Positions 28,701 to 36,947 of a DNA stretch of 50,000 bases are shown piece by piece. Position 1 is the first letter of the stretch, and every line of letters begins with the position of its first letter. The notes beneath the pieces were generated by a model. That model made no database searches. It saw only the letters and a list, made by a program, of their open reading frames with translations, and was not told where the DNA came from. Made by a program: the position numbers and the translations under genes. The DNA lies in contig JBIIVF010000003.1 of assembly GCA_044339595.1 (NCBI GenBank), forward strand, positions 1-50,000, read 5' to 3'. Source of the stretch: Bacteroidia bacterium. GTDB lineage: Bacteria > Bacteroidota > Bacteroidia > NS11-12g > UBA9320.

Positions 28701-29546
28701 GCCATCAGTTTAATTGCCACCTATGCAGAAACACGCAATGACTTTGGATTGATTCGCGTAAATCAGGCATATCCTATTTCTTATAACACAACGGCCAATA
28801 TCGATTTCAGCACTACCAAAGCTTTCCGTGTTGAATATGAATTGCGTGAGATGGGCAATGTTTCTTTGACCGCTAACTACGCATTGCTTTTTGCGGATGG
28901 CACCGGTTCAAACATCAACTCTCAAGCGGCGTTGATCGCGGCCAACCAGCCGAACCTGCGTACTTTGTATCCAATGGATGTAGACATTCGCCACAAAATT
29001 GTAGGTATCCTCGATTATCGCTTTGATTCAAAGGAAAATTACAAAGGTTATTACCTGGGTAAGTTCCCTGTATTTGCTGATATGGGTGCCAACTTTATTT
29101 TCAATGCAAGATCCGGTTCTCCTTTCACCAGATATCAACAAGCCATTTCTGAAGCACAAGCAGATATGGGACGTGCTCAGAGAAGTCAAATTGATGGAAA
29201 TCCATTCGGGTCTCGCATGCCTTGGCAATACAGAGTTGATATGAACCTCAGCAAGAATTTTGAAATTGCCAAAAAACGCAAACGCGAAAAAGGTCTGAAT
29301 TCTTACAATCTGAACGTATTTATCTGGGTTCAGAATTTATTAAATCAAAAAGCCGTAGATGGGGTTTATCAATTTACAGGATTGCCCAATGATGATGGTT
29401 ATTTGAGCTCACCACAAGGTCGTCAGTATATCACCGAGCAGGTAAATCAGCAGTCGTTCATCGATCTGTATAATGTGAAAGTAGACAACCCATATAACTA
29501 TACATTCCCCAGATTGGCAAGATTAGGAGTGAAAGTATTATTCTAA
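25788..29546 (+). CDS. TonB-dependent receptor-like outer-membrane protein with N-terminal carboxypeptidase-regulatory-like domain
   Basis: Signal peptide, GEIRGKVVD...TDDNGNY, plug-like YFVDGVPV...GIPAQFGD.TGG.I.ITTK, amphipathic beta-strands, and C-terminal PRLARLGVKVLF. Alternative start 25800. Confidence 0.85.
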   Translation: MSLYMSRKIYLVLTLILTAGWSLAQSNFGEIRGKVVDAKTKKPLDYMNILVTKDGMSKGGAMTDDNGNYYIKALEPGSYTIVAKYIDYRDYEERGVAVRANNITYVNVEMSKADAQELNVVVVKKWKTPIVKDGENSKTFSDGDIVKLPTRSLGAIAATASGVSSTSAGVSFIGQRSDGTRYFVDGVPVVGSVNLPQAAQGQIDIIQSGIPAQFGDFTGGAISITTKGPSAIFRKSVELISSSMFDPYHYNQLEGFVSGPLKIKNKGGGDKEYVAWGFQLSGNINYQKDPSPAFGGLYVVNDEKLKELEENPLVANPLGGGFVPSSSFITKNDMVKEKARRNVAQIASVVQGKLEYQPNKNTNITFFGSYNYQVNDNFSYSNYLMNYKNFSQSVAQTYRTYLKFTQKLRNENENDKSKKEDKSLLTDAFYTVRLDYQASLRNSYNPFHGENIFNYGYLGKFERHRAPVYGYNSNTQLHIDQKGDTVTRAGFWELVGFRDTLITYEARDKNPLLSRYTENFFNNAADLGQPVFSENQILQGQGVLNGFGIPNTYSLWFNPGNITANYSKSMFERISAYAMGEASLNLTNKHDLQFGITYEQNIASGYGISANSLWRLMPLLANSHIDQLDKITTGSYVQGGTHSYDQFGNFLDTVSYNIRVNSDAQSTFDKNLRQKLMNNGARDVNGNLIGERSFIDINALDPSMFNLNMFSAEDLWNNGNSYVSYYGYDYKGNRVRNKPSLSQFLYDKQNRSIGSFAPIYSAAWLQDKFAFKDLILRVGVRIERYDANQFVLKDNYSLYPIQSVGEVKELNGLPVTHPGNLGEDFSVYVNNTENPTKIIGYRKENVWYDANGIEISSPDFLANQTTNGRIQPLLSDPKNQEVTKESFVDYDPQINVLPRVWFSFPINSDAQFFANYDVLAQRPGDGATFAPINNYYFLEATQGGTIANAGLKPRIRTNYELGFKQKLTDNSAISLIATYAETRNDFGLIRVNQAYPISYNTTANIDFSTTKAFRVEYELREMGNVSLTANYALLFADGTGSNINSQAALIAANQPNLRTLYPMDVDIRHKIVGILDYRFDSKENYKGYYLGKFPVFADMGANFIFNARSGSPFTRYQQAISEAQADMGRAQRSQIDGNPFGSRMPWQYRVDMNLSKNFEIAKKRKREKGLNSYNLNVFIWVQNLLNQKAVDGVYQFTGLPNDDGYLSSPQGRQYITEQVNQQSFIDLYNVKVDNPYNYTFPRLARLGVKVLF

Positions 29547-29573
29547 TTTCTAAATTCTAAAATCTAATTTTAA

Positions 29574-32500
29574 ATGAAAAAACGGAGAAATATGAAGAAT
29601 ATATTGATCGTGGCTTTATTGACTTTGTCGATGGCACAATTATCAGCACGTGAAAGTGTTGGCCTGAGCAGACAGGTTTCCAAAAATGAAGCGATGCAGA
29701 AGAAAATGAAGTTTGGTTCAGATTGTGAACCGGCTTCTGCAAGTGCAGATTTGGATATCAATAATGTTAGAACGAAAATTCTGAACGGTGGCGATATGTG
29801 GTGGGACTTGAACAACCCCAAATATGAAATCCCCAAAATCAATGACTTGAATGCAGTGAGGAAACATTCACTTTTTTCAGGTGCCATTTGGATTGGTGGT
29901 TTTGAACAAGGAAACTTAAAGATTGCAGCTATGACCTATCGTCAAAGGGGCTCAGACTTTTGGCCGGGCCCTTTGGATACCATCACAAGTAATACAAATT
30001 CTTTAATTTGTAAGCAATTCGATGAAGTTTATCAGGTGACCAGAGATGAGATTATCTCTCATTGGGACGAATATCTTGCGAGTGGAGCCGTGCCTAACCC
30101 TTCTGAAAATATTTCAAAGTGGCCCGGAAACGGAAATGGATTGAATTTGCCGGATCAGATGGCCCCTTACTTCGATGCCAATGGAGATGGTTTCTATAAT
30201 CCAATCAATGGTGATTATCCGGTTTTACAGACAGAATGTCGCGGAATCAAGGTTTCTAATGCAAATAATAAACCCTCCGATCAGCCAGACAAAATGTTAT
30301 GGTTTGTTTACAATGATAAGGGGAATATTCACTCAGAAACAAATGGTTTGCCCATCGGTTTAGAATTGCAAACAACAGCGTTCGCATACGCTACAAATGA
30401 TGAGATTAATAACATGACCTTTTATAAGACCCGCATTATTAACCGCGGTTCATCCACGCTCGAAGAAACCTATTTCGGAGAATGGGTGGACGCGGATTTG
30501 GGAAATTATGCAGATGATTACGTAGGTTGTGATGTTGGTTTAAGTCTCGGCTTTTGTTATAATGGAGACGACAACGATGAAGGTATCTTAGGTTATGGAT
30601 TGAATCCACCTTCTGTGGGTGTTGATTTTTTCGAAAGTCCAAGAAAAGATACTGTGATCAATGGAATCCCAACTTCTATTGAGTTGGGTATGAGTAAATT
30701 CGTCTATTACAATAACGATTTCTCAATTAAAGGAAATCCGAACTCAGCCATTGATTTTTACAATTATTTGCGCGGTCGTTGGAAAAATGGTGATTGCATT
30801 AAATGGGGAGGAGATGGCTTTTCAGGATCTGAATGTGCCGATTATATGTTCCCGTGGAATACCGATCCTCGACATTCAAATGACAACTGGAATGAGCGAC
30901 AAGCCGGCAATACACCCCAGGATAGGAGATTCTTGCAAACATCCGGTCCATTTAATTTAAAACCGGGAGCGATCAATTACATAACAGTGGGTGTTGTTTG
31001 GGCTAAAACTAGTTCAGGAGGTTCCGAAGGTTCTTTGGCATTGCTAAAATCTGCTAGCCGAAAAGCACAGGAATTATTTGATAACTGTTTTGATATCTTA
31101 GACGGACCTGATGCCCCAATAGTAGAAGTTCGTGAAATGGATAAAGAAGTCATTTTCAATTTCAAAGAAACAGGCAGAATTGAAACCTACACGGAAGCAA
31201 CCATCGTGGATGGTGTGAAGAAATTGTACCGTTTCCAAGGATATCGCATTTATCAATTAAAAGATGCCACGGTTGGTACCGGTGATTTGGAAGATATCGA
31301 TAAATCTAGAGAGGTGTTTCTATGCGACATAAGAGATAGCATTGCCCGATTGGTTAATTCACCGTTTGATGGAACATTGGGTCAGCCTTTACCTAAGTTG
31401 ATGGTTGAAGGGCCGAACAAAGGATTAGTGCACTCGTTGTCGTTTAAAGATGACGCATTTGCCACAGGTTCAAACAAGCAATTGGTGAATAATCGTACCT
31501 ATTACTTTTTAGTGATTAGCTATGCCGGATTGCCCGGACACCCGGCTGTTGAATATCTTGCAGGTAGAAAAATCAGACAATTCAGCGTTACCCCGCATAT
31601 CCCAATTGGAGATCAGGATGGGGGATATAAAATCGGTGCCAATTATGGTGAAGGGCCGCAAATCATAAGAATTGAAGGAACAGGAAACGGGGGTACTGCG
31701 CTAGAATTAACCGATGAGAGCCGCCAGTTTATTTTAGATAATAACATCATGGCCAATCCGAAGTATGAAAGAGGAAAGGGGCCTGTTACCGTAAAAGTTA
31801 TTGATCCATTAAGAGTCCCAAAGGGTGATTTCGAATTGACCTTGCTTGAAACACCGATTCCTTCATCTAATACTGTGAGAGAAGCCGGTGTGGTGGATAC
31901 CAATACTACATGGATATTGGTCAATATAACTTCTGGTGATACCATTTTTGCTGATACCACCATCAATTATAGCAACGAACAAATATTACTCGAATCTAAA
32001 GGCAGCAATAAAATAGGCGACTGGGGATTGGCCATCAATGTTCATCAGGTGAAAGGCCCGGGAGATGATCTGCAAGATGAAACCAATGGCTTAATTAGTT
32101 GGGATGTTAGATGGCCTGACAACAGTAAGCAGTGGCTAACTGCTCTTGCTGATCAGGATAACACGCCTTGGTTTGATTGGATACGTTCAGGAAGAAACGG
32201 TTCGTCTGAATCAACCAAAGATTATTCAATCCACGATTTTGCCTTGGGTGGTGAGTCTATGGATCGATTTGAAGTATATGAGAAAATTTGGAATGGCCGC
32301 GTTGGACCGTATCGTTTGTCGAGCAGAAATCCAACATCTGCCACTCCTCAAAGACCCGCTACTTTGGTTCAAGGTCCAGCATTTCAGGGATCACCGGTCA
32401 TCAACACTTGGGGTTTGAAGGATTTAGCGAGTATTGATTTTGTTATCACCGCTGATAAAACGAAGTGGACTCGCTGTGTGGTGATAGAGTTGGGTGAAGA

Positions 32501-33461
32501 TCCGGGGCTCACAGAGGGAGGTGCCGTTAAGTTTCATTTGAGAAAAAGTGCATCACTCGATATTAATGGAAATAAAATATCAGGAGAACAGGGCCGAGGC
32601 TGGTTCCCGGGGTATGCGATCAATGTGGAAACCGGTGAACGTTTGAATATCGTCATAGGTGAAGATTCTTATCAGGCAGCTGAGAATGGCCGTGATATGA
32701 AATGGAATCCTACGGATAACAGCGGTTTTTACACCAGCACTTACCCAAGTTTTGGTGGAAGACATTACATCTATGTAATGGGCTCTGCTGAGGGCGTACC
32801 TGCCATTGCTTATCCTAAAGGCCCGGCATACGATCAGGGGTCTTATTATCATGGTATACTCTCCCAGCTTGAAGGCAAAACTGAATCTCAGAAAACCATA
32901 GAAATTAATAAGGTGATGTTCCAGTGTATGTGGGTTATCCCTTCTTATCTGGCAAATGGTTATAAAATGATTGAGAAAGACGGTATGCCGGTTCCTCCTA
33001 CTGATTTTAGTCTCGATATTCGAGTGAAGAAACCATATAAATACTACAGAACCAGCCAAACACCGGTAAACAATGACAATCCTAAGTATAAGTTCAATAC
33101 TGACGATGTTTATTCTGAAGTGAGCAAGGATGAAGGGAAAAATAAACTTGACCTGATCAATATTGTACCAAACCCTTACTATGCATTCTCAGCGTATGAA
33201 AATAACCCGATTGAGAACAAAGTGAAGTTTACCAATCTACCTTACAAATGTGATATATCCATATATACACTGGATGGTCAGTTGGTGCGCAGAATCAAAA
33301 AGGATGATGACGCTACTGCGATTACATGGGATATGAAAAATCAGGCCCGTGTGCCCATTGCTTCAGGTATTTACATTATTCATGTGGATGCGGGAGAACT
33401 GGGTGAAAAAGTGTTGAAGTGGATGGGTATCATGCGTGAACTTGATTTGGATTCTTTCTAA
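29574..33461 (+). CDS. Large T9SS-secreted protein (FlgD-Ig-like C-terminal target domain)
   Basis: Signal peptide (likely start 29592), acidic DxNxDG motifs, and C-terminal INIVPNPYY...IYTLDGQLVR...WD...ASGIYIIHV. Confidence 0.85.
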   Translation: MKKRRNMKNILIVALLTLSMAQLSARESVGLSRQVSKNEAMQKKMKFGSDCEPASASADLDINNVRTKILNGGDMWWDLNNPKYEIPKINDLNAVRKHSLFSGAIWIGGFEQGNLKIAAMTYRQRGSDFWPGPLDTITSNTNSLICKQFDEVYQVTRDEIISHWDEYLASGAVPNPSENISKWPGNGNGLNLPDQMAPYFDANGDGFYNPINGDYPVLQTECRGIKVSNANNKPSDQPDKMLWFVYNDKGNIHSETNGLPIGLELQTTAFAYATNDEINNMTFYKTRIINRGSSTLEETYFGEWVDADLGNYADDYVGCDVGLSLGFCYNGDDNDEGILGYGLNPPSVGVDFFESPRKDTVINGIPTSIELGMSKFVYYNNDFSIKGNPNSAIDFYNYLRGRWKNGDCIKWGGDGFSGSECADYMFPWNTDPRHSNDNWNERQAGNTPQDRRFLQTSGPFNLKPGAINYITVGVVWAKTSSGGSEGSLALLKSASRKAQELFDNCFDILDGPDAPIVEVREMDKEVIFNFKETGRIETYTEATIVDGVKKLYRFQGYRIYQLKDATVGTGDLEDIDKSREVFLCDIRDSIARLVNSPFDGTLGQPLPKLMVEGPNKGLVHSLSFKDDAFATGSNKQLVNNRTYYFLVISYAGLPGHPAVEYLAGRKIRQFSVTPHIPIGDQDGGYKIGANYGEGPQIIRIEGTGNGGTALELTDESRQFILDNNIMANPKYERGKGPVTVKVIDPLRVPKGDFELTLLETPIPSSNTVREAGVVDTNTTWILVNITSGDTIFADTTINYSNEQILLESKGSNKIGDWGLAINVHQVKGPGDDLQDETNGLISWDVRWPDNSKQWLTALADQDNTPWFDWIRSGRNGSSESTKDYSIHDFALGGESMDRFEVYEKIWNGRVGPYRLSSRNPTSATPQRPATLVQGPAFQGSPVINTWGLKDLASIDFVITADKTKWTRCVVIELGEDPGLTEGGAVKFHLRKSASLDINGNKISGEQGRGWFPGYAINVETGERLNIVIGEDSYQAAENGRDMKWNPTDNSGFYTSTYPSFGGRHYIYVMGSAEGVPAIAYPKGPAYDQGSYYHGILSQLEGKTESQKTIEINKVMFQCMWVIPSYLANGYKMIEKDGMPVPPTDFSLDIRVKKPYKYYRTSQTPVNNDNPKYKFNTDDVYSEVSKDEGKNKLDLINIVPNPYYAFSAYENNPIENKVKFTNLPYKCDISIYTLDGQLVRRIKKDDDATAITWDMKNQARVPIASGIYIIHVDAGELGEKVLKWMGIMRELDLDSF

Positions 33462-33487
33462 CATTACCAAGAACTTAAAACTGTATC

Positions 33488-34588
33488 ATGAATTTTAAGA
33501 AAATATTAGCAATTGTTCTTTCCGGTGTAATGCCAACTATGGTTTTGGCCGGAAATCCTGACAGAATCGGGCAGGCAGGGGCTACCCAGCTTTCTGCAAA
33601 CGGTTGGGCAAGAAGCTCCGGCATGGGTTACTCTGCCGTAAGCAATGTGCGCGGCGTTGAATCCATGTTCATCAACGTAGCCGGTTTGGCTTATACCAAC
33701 AAAACTGAGGTGGTATTCTCAAGAACCAGTTGGTTAAGGGGTACCGATATAAACATCAACAGCTTCGGATTTGCCCAATCTGTAGGTGGCTCAGGAGTTT
33801 TGGGATTAAGCATGTCTTCTTTTGATTTGGGAGATATTCCTATTACAACAGTTGAACAACCTGAAGGTGGATTGGGTACCTATTCACCAAGATTTACCAA
33901 TTTGGGTGTTTCTTATGCCAAAAAGTTCACCAATACTATTTCAGGTGGGGTCTTGGTAAGAATCTTTTCCGAAACCATTACCAATGTGAAAGCACAAGGT
34001 GTGGCACTCGATGCGGGTATTCAGTATAGCGAAACTGCGGATAAAAACGATAAACTGAAAAAGAATGACATCAAGTTTGGTGTGTCTCTTAAAAACGTAG
34101 GTCCTGATGCAAAGTATTCAGGGGATGGTTTGGCTACTAAAGCAATAAATCCACTGAACGAGCAGGAGCAGACCTTCGCATTAAGAGCGGCTAGGTTCAA
34201 CCTGCCAACGCTGATTAACATTGGAGCTTCTTATGATTTTCGCTTAGATGCAACCCAGCAAACCTACAATAACCGCTTGACAACGGCTATGAATTTTACA
34301 TCTAATGCCTTTTCCAGAAATCAGCTGACTCTAGGTTTGGAGTATGGATATAAAAATATGCTCATGTTAAGAGCGGGATATGCTTATGAAGAAGGTATTA
34401 CCTCTTATGAAACCAGAACCAATGCTTATACAGGAGTTTCGGCAGGTTTGACATTTGAGGTGCCAACGAACAAAAAGAAGAACGAAAATACGTTTGGTTT
34501 TGATTATTCTTTCAGACATAGCAACCCATTTGGCGGAACTCATTCTTTTGGAGTGCGTCTAACATTGAACGATAAAGAAGAGAAGTAA
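33488..34588 (+). CDS. PorV/PorQ-family outer-membrane beta-barrel protein
   Basis: AGA.QL....ARSSGMG, INVAGLA, DAGIQY, FGVSLKNVG, LPTLINIG and LGLEY...LRAGY motifs. Confidence 0.85.
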   Translation: MNFKKILAIVLSGVMPTMVLAGNPDRIGQAGATQLSANGWARSSGMGYSAVSNVRGVESMFINVAGLAYTNKTEVVFSRTSWLRGTDININSFGFAQSVGGSGVLGLSMSSFDLGDIPITTVEQPEGGLGTYSPRFTNLGVSYAKKFTNTISGGVLVRIFSETITNVKAQGVALDAGIQYSETADKNDKLKKNDIKFGVSLKNVGPDAKYSGDGLATKAINPLNEQEQTFALRAARFNLPTLINIGASYDFRLDATQQTYNNRLTTAMNFTSNAFSRNQLTLGLEYGYKNMLMLRAGYAYEEGITSYETRTNAYTGVSAGLTFEVPTNKKKNENTFGFDYSFRHSNPFGGTHSFGVRLTLNDKEEK

Positions 34589-34598
34589 ATCTTAATAT

Positions 34599-34606
34599 TA
34601 TTTTTG
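34599..34606 (+). promoter_or_regulatory. -7 promoter element TATTTTTG for greA
   Basis: Match to TAnnTTTG about 65 nt upstream of the greA ATG. Confidence 0.6.
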
Positions 34607-34609
34607 CAG

Positions 34610-34647
34610 GAGCATTGTATCTGTGACGGGTACAATGCTCTTTTGTT
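34610..34647 (+). terminator. Intrinsic terminator-like hairpin (end of porV-like operon and/or greA leader)
   Basis: Perfect 10-bp stem GAGCATTGTA/TACAATGCTC followed by TTTTGTT. Confidence 0.7.
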
Positions 34648-34670
34648 ATCAATACCAATCAAATAGAGTT

Positions 34671-35144
34671 ATGTCAGACATCAATTATATGAGCCAAGAA
34701 GGCTTCGACAACCTAAAAAAGGAAATAGAACATTTGAAAACGGTTGAACGGCCCTCTATCTCGAGACAGATAGCTGAAGCCAGAGACAAAGGTGACTTAT
34801 CCGAGAATGCCGAATATGATGCAGCGAAGGAGGCCCAAGGTCTTCTTGAAATGAAGATTGCCAAACTCGAAGAGGTATTTGGAAATGCGAGAGTACTTGA
34901 CAAATCAAAAGCTGATTTGTCTAAAGTTGGTCCACAGAACATTGTGCGATTGATGAATACAAAAATTGGCAAAGAAGTAACGTATACCCTTGTTTCAGAG
35001 AAGGAAGCCAATTTTAAAGAATTTAAAATTTCGATGGGATCACCTATTGGTAAGGCATTGCTTGGAAAGAGGGTGGGGGATTTGGTGCAAGTAACGGTGC
35101 CTGCAGGTATCATTGATTTAGAAATCCTGGAAATTACTATCTGA
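34671..35144 (+). CDS. greA: Transcription elongation factor GreA
   Basis: ARDKGDLSENAEYDAAKE and SPIGKALLG motifs. Start at ATG 34671. Confidence 0.95.
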   Translation: MSDINYMSQEGFDNLKKEIEHLKTVERPSISRQIAEARDKGDLSENAEYDAAKEAQGLLEMKIAKLEEVFGNARVLDKSKADLSKVGPQNIVRLMNTKIGKEVTYTLVSEKEANFKEFKISMGSPIGKALLGKRVGDLVQVTVPAGIIDLEILEITI

Positions 35145-35145
35145 T

Positions 35146-35535
35146 ATGTCCACCATTTTTGAGAAGATAATCAATGGTGAAATACCATGTCACAAGGTCG
35201 CAGAAACGAGCGATTTTTTGGCTTTTCTAGATTTGTTTCCGGTTCAGAAAGGGCATGTTTTAGTGGTACCGAAAACTTCTGTTGATTATTTCTTTGATAT
35301 TGAGGATATCCAATTCAGTGATTTAATGTTGTTTGCGAAAAAGCTTGCCATTGGCTTGAAAAAGGCTATTCCATGTAAAAAAATAGGAGTAGCGGTCATT
35401 GGCTTGGAAGTGCCCCATGCTCATATTCATTTAATTCCCATGAATTCTTTATCCGATATGGATTTTTCCAATAAAAAGAAATTCAGTGATGAAGAGCTGA
35501 GTGAAACAGCTACTTTGATTAGATCGTTTCTCTAA
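35146..35535 (+). CDS. HIT family protein
   Basis: IFEKIINGEIP, GHVLVVPK and HAHIH histidine triad. Confidence 0.92.
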   Translation: MSTIFEKIINGEIPCHKVAETSDFLAFLDLFPVQKGHVLVVPKTSVDYFFDIEDIQFSDLMLFAKKLAIGLKKAIPCKKIGVAVIGLEVPHAHIHLIPMNSLSDMDFSNKKKFSDEELSETATLIRSFL

Positions 35536-36353
35536 TTTTTCAGGTTTTCGTGGAATGCGTTCAGTGCATCGCGAACACTGCCATGTTTTACCAATAAATT
35601 CTTGGCGCTCTCATAATCAAGACGGGTCTCATTGATGATCATTTTTGTGCCCCGGTCTATTAGTTTGGCATTCGTCAACTGCATGTCTACCATTTTATTT
35701 CCCTTCACTTTTCCGAGTTTTACCATCACGCCCGTGGTGATCATGTTTAGAACCATTTTTTGAGCGGTTCCTGACTTCATACGCGTGCTTCCGGTCACGA
35801 ATTCAGGTCCGACTTCAACTTCAATAGAAAAGTCTGCGAGCGACCCTAATTCGCTGTCTTTATTGCAGCTCAACGACCCGGTTTCAATGCCATGGGATTT
35901 ACACAAAGTCAATGCCCCTTTAACATAGGGAGTTTTGCCGGATGCGGAAATACCAAGAACAAAATCTTGCTCAGAAATATCGTGTGATACTAAATCTAAC
36001 CATCCTTGTATAACATCATCTTCGGCATTTTCAACCGCTTTTCTGATGGCTTGATCTCCACCTGCAATAATGCCCACAACCATACCTTGAGGAACACCAT
36101 ACGTGGGGGGACATTCACTGGCGTCTACAATTCCCAAACGACCACTGGTGCCTGAACCTATGTAGAATAAACGACCGCCTTTAGATAGCCTCACAAAAAT
36201 GGCTTCCGCCATCAAGGAAATATGTGAAAGTTCTAGTGCAACGCAAGCTGCAACTTTCTGGTCTTCAGCGTTGATCCCTTCTAATAGCTCATTCATGCTG
36301 AGCGTTTCAAGATTCTGATAATGCGAATCTCGTTCAGTCGATTGATTATTCAT
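35532..36353 (-). CDS. murQ: N-acetylmuramic acid 6-phosphate etherase
   Basis: GSGTSGRLG, DASECPPTY and GPEFVTGSTRMKSGTAQK motifs. Confidence 0.95.
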   Translation of the reverse strand: MNNQSTERDSHYQNLETLSMNELLEGINAEDQKVAACVALELSHISLMAEAIFVRLSKGGRLFYIGSGTSGRLGIVDASECPPTYGVPQGMVVGIIAGGDQAIRKAVENAEDDVIQGWLDLVSHDISEQDFVLGISASGKTPYVKGALTLCKSHGIETGSLSCNKDSELGSLADFSIEVEVGPEFVTGSTRMKSGTAQKMVLNMITTGVMVKLGKVKGNKMVDMQLTNAKLIDRGTKMIINETRLDYESAKNLLVKHGSVRDALNAFHENLKN

Positions 36354-36409
36354 TTAGACAAATTTCGTTAAATACTTTTTTAATTCTAAGAGTTGTCGCG
36401 TTGTTTGTA

Positions 36410-36710
36410 ATGTTTATTCTTCAATTCACCATTTCATGAGCATTGAGCATGCCTGATTTTGATAGACACAACTCTTTTAACTTCGGGTAAATTTTGGTCA
36501 AAATTAAAAAGTGTATTTCTTGGATGTTCAGGTTTCATAGGCTTCAATTGCAGCCAAAGAACTCCGTTGTCAGGCTTCAGATTATTTTTCGAAAGACAAT
36601 AAATGGGTTTACCATTATTCCAAAATCCTTCCTTTTGTACCCAGTGTCTTTTAAGTCCCTTTATAGTTTAGTTAAAAGAGTACCACTTTTGTGGTAATGC
36701 TCTAAATATG
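36410..36710 (-). pseudogene. Possible degraded MORN-variant/YwqK-like gene remnant
   Basis: Broken minus-strand frames give YLEHYHKSGTLL, EGFWNNGKP and NGELK. No start codon, with internal stops. Confidence 0.25.
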
Positions 36711-36732
36711 AACTACAAACGCCCTTCGCAAA

Positions 36733-36862
36733 CGGGATAGAAGCGGCAGCGCGCGCAGCAGAAAGGCCATGTGGAACGTGGGTTGCCGGGCGGATGGGCA
36801 CAAAGCCTCGGCAGCACACCGTGGAACAAGCCTTTCTGCCAGCGCCTAAAGCGGATAGCCCG
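36733..36862. repeat. GC-rich nested-hairpin intergenic element (REP/MITE-like)
   Basis: CGGGATAGAAGCGG...AAGCGGATAGCCCG ends. GCAGAAAGGC 36758 pairs with GCCTTTCTGC 36830. Inner stem 36782-36790/36807-36815. Confidence 0.6.
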
Positions 36863-36892
36863 CATTTTGCCCAAAGAAGAAATTTCAAAAAC

Positions 36893-36927
36893 AAAAAAGC
36901 CACCTCGCATTGAGATGGCTTTTTTTT
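36893..36927 (-). terminator. Intrinsic terminator of pnp (bidirectional shape)
   Basis: AAAAAAGCCACCTC-GCATT-GAGATGGCTTTTTTT. Confidence 0.85.
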
Positions 36928-36947
36928 AGATTTATTGAGGATTATGA

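Noticed and set aside
25788-34588. Classical SusC/SusD polysaccharide utilisation locus
   Set aside because: There is no SusD lipoprotein, no SusC signature motifs, and no glycoside hydrolase or regulator.
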